A stretch of 63,881 nt of DNA, the filler included, from Folioceros fuciformis (taxonomy: Eukaryota): assembly GCA_049999805.1 (NCBI GenBank). It is 16 parts of 16 records of this genome, joined end to end, with 100 filler letters (N's around TTAATTAATTAA, not from the genome) between each part and the next. Parts side by side here need not be neighbours in the genome. Positions count along the whole stretch, not along the records: positions 62,714 to 63,881 come from JBNGIO010000596.1; 15 more parts are not named here. One strand, written 5' to 3'. Positions 62,714 to 63,881 of the stretch are shown here, one piece after another. Numbering within the stretch: position 1 is the stretch's first letter; each line of letters starts with the position of its first letter. The position numbers and the translations under genes were made by a program. A model generated the notes under the pieces. That model did no database searches, had not been told where the DNA came from, and saw nothing but the letters and a program-made list of their open reading frames with translations.

Positions 62714-63881
62714 CATTGCTGCTCTCTTTACCTGAAAGTTACAGGACTTTCGTGAGCAATCAAAGCTCGTCGCTACGAAATCTTGCCCAGGCAACTCCAG
62801 CAGGCCAAGCCCCTGCAGTCACTCTGTCTGACGTGATTGGAGCTCTTCTCGAGGAAGAGTCCACACGTAAAGCAAGCAGAGGTGGCAACTCCCTCCGAGG
62901 AGAGACTTCAAACCGAGCGCTCTACACAAACAGAGGCTCAAGGAAGCAACCACCCCATTAGCCTTGGCCAAACAACAGCAGTAGTGGCAATTACAAGAAG
63001 CGACTGGCAGCACCTTCAGCAAAGAAAAAAGATCCCTGCAACTACTGCCTAATCCTAGGCCACTGGGAGGCAGAATGCCGTAAGAAAAAGGCTAATGAGC
63101 CTCGTCGTACAGCACCACCTGAGTCCAATGTTGTTCACCACAAATCCAACATCATCCTAGCTGTCTGTATGGTGTCAACAACATCCAACAAACATGTCTG
63201 GTTCATAGACTCCAGGGCTTCATCCCACATCTGCCACTGCAGGAGGTCATTTTCTGAATATAGGAATGTCACACCTGGTCAGTTCGTACTTCATGGGGAT
63301 GATAGTGGTCTCCAGATCATAGGTATAGGGTCTGTCCCTGTCCTACTTCTAGATAGAACAACACTTGTTCTCACAGATGTCCTCCATGTGCCCGCCATGG
63401 TAAAAAACCTGGTGTCTGTACGTAAGCTAACAACACACAACTCTTTGGATGTCTCCTTTAGAGGTCTGCAATGCACTGTCACGGATCCCCAACACAAGAA
63501 CAAGGTTCTAGCAATAGGTGCTCCCTTTCACGATCTGTATCAACTAAATATTTCCTCCAAGCTGGGTCTCAAACCTGCATAAGCACAAGCCAACGTCAAT
63601 CTTGAAACCAGAAAGAAGGAGGCAGTCATGGTGTGGCACTGTAGACTTGCTCATGTAAATTTCGACAAATTGAAGGCGCTGGTGGCTAGTAACAACCTCT
63701 ACAGAGAGCAATTTGTGCTTCAGTTTGCAGAAAGATAGTTCTGTGAGTCGTGCGTGTTTGGCAAATACCATCGCCTGCCATACAAGGATGTGAACCCTAC
63801 TCGGGCCACCAAGGCACTAGAGCTGGTCCATACTGACCTATGTCCACAGCATCCCTAGGCGGAGCTCTCTATTTCCTAACA
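62714..63881 (+). mobile_element. Decayed Copia gag-PR-pre-integrase fragment
   Basis: LLSLPESY, CNYCLILGHWEAEC, WFIDSRASSH, WHCRLAH, LELVHTDL. Confidence 0.92.

Overview
Eukaryotic nuclear DNA, most likely from a seed-free land plant with a compact genome (hornwort, other bryophyte or lycophyte; this is inferred from 68-210 nt introns, plant-type RPL15/FolD/DUF493 genes and CAPE-like exons). The window is 16 contigs joined by 15 artificial 100-nt linkers (N44-TTAATTAATTAA-N44), so order and orientation across linkers cannot be trusted. Two contigs are gene-dense and GC-rich. 1-12088 holds a large orphan multi-exon gene, two tandem RPL15 genes, an organellar FolD and a hypothetical gene. 32982-37000 holds a GC3-rich hypothetical ORF, a probable unannotated multi-exon gene and a DUF493 gene. 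Most of the rest is nested Ty1/Copia elements, Gypsy integrase fragments, RLE-type non-LTR fossils and two young TG-terminal repeat families that mostly insert into other TEs. Two AT-rich exons lie inside this TE mass: a class I cyclic-nucleotide phosphodiesterase exon (13753-13820, +) and a class III adenylyl-cyclase terminal exon (46559-47065, -) with two nonsense codons and a frameshift. Together they look like a decaying, TE-inflated CAPE (combined AC-PDE, sperm-associated) locus. Other leads are extra sense ORFs upstream of Copia gag and a repeat family seen six times, always by the same terminus. I cannot claim a wholly new system from the sequence alone.
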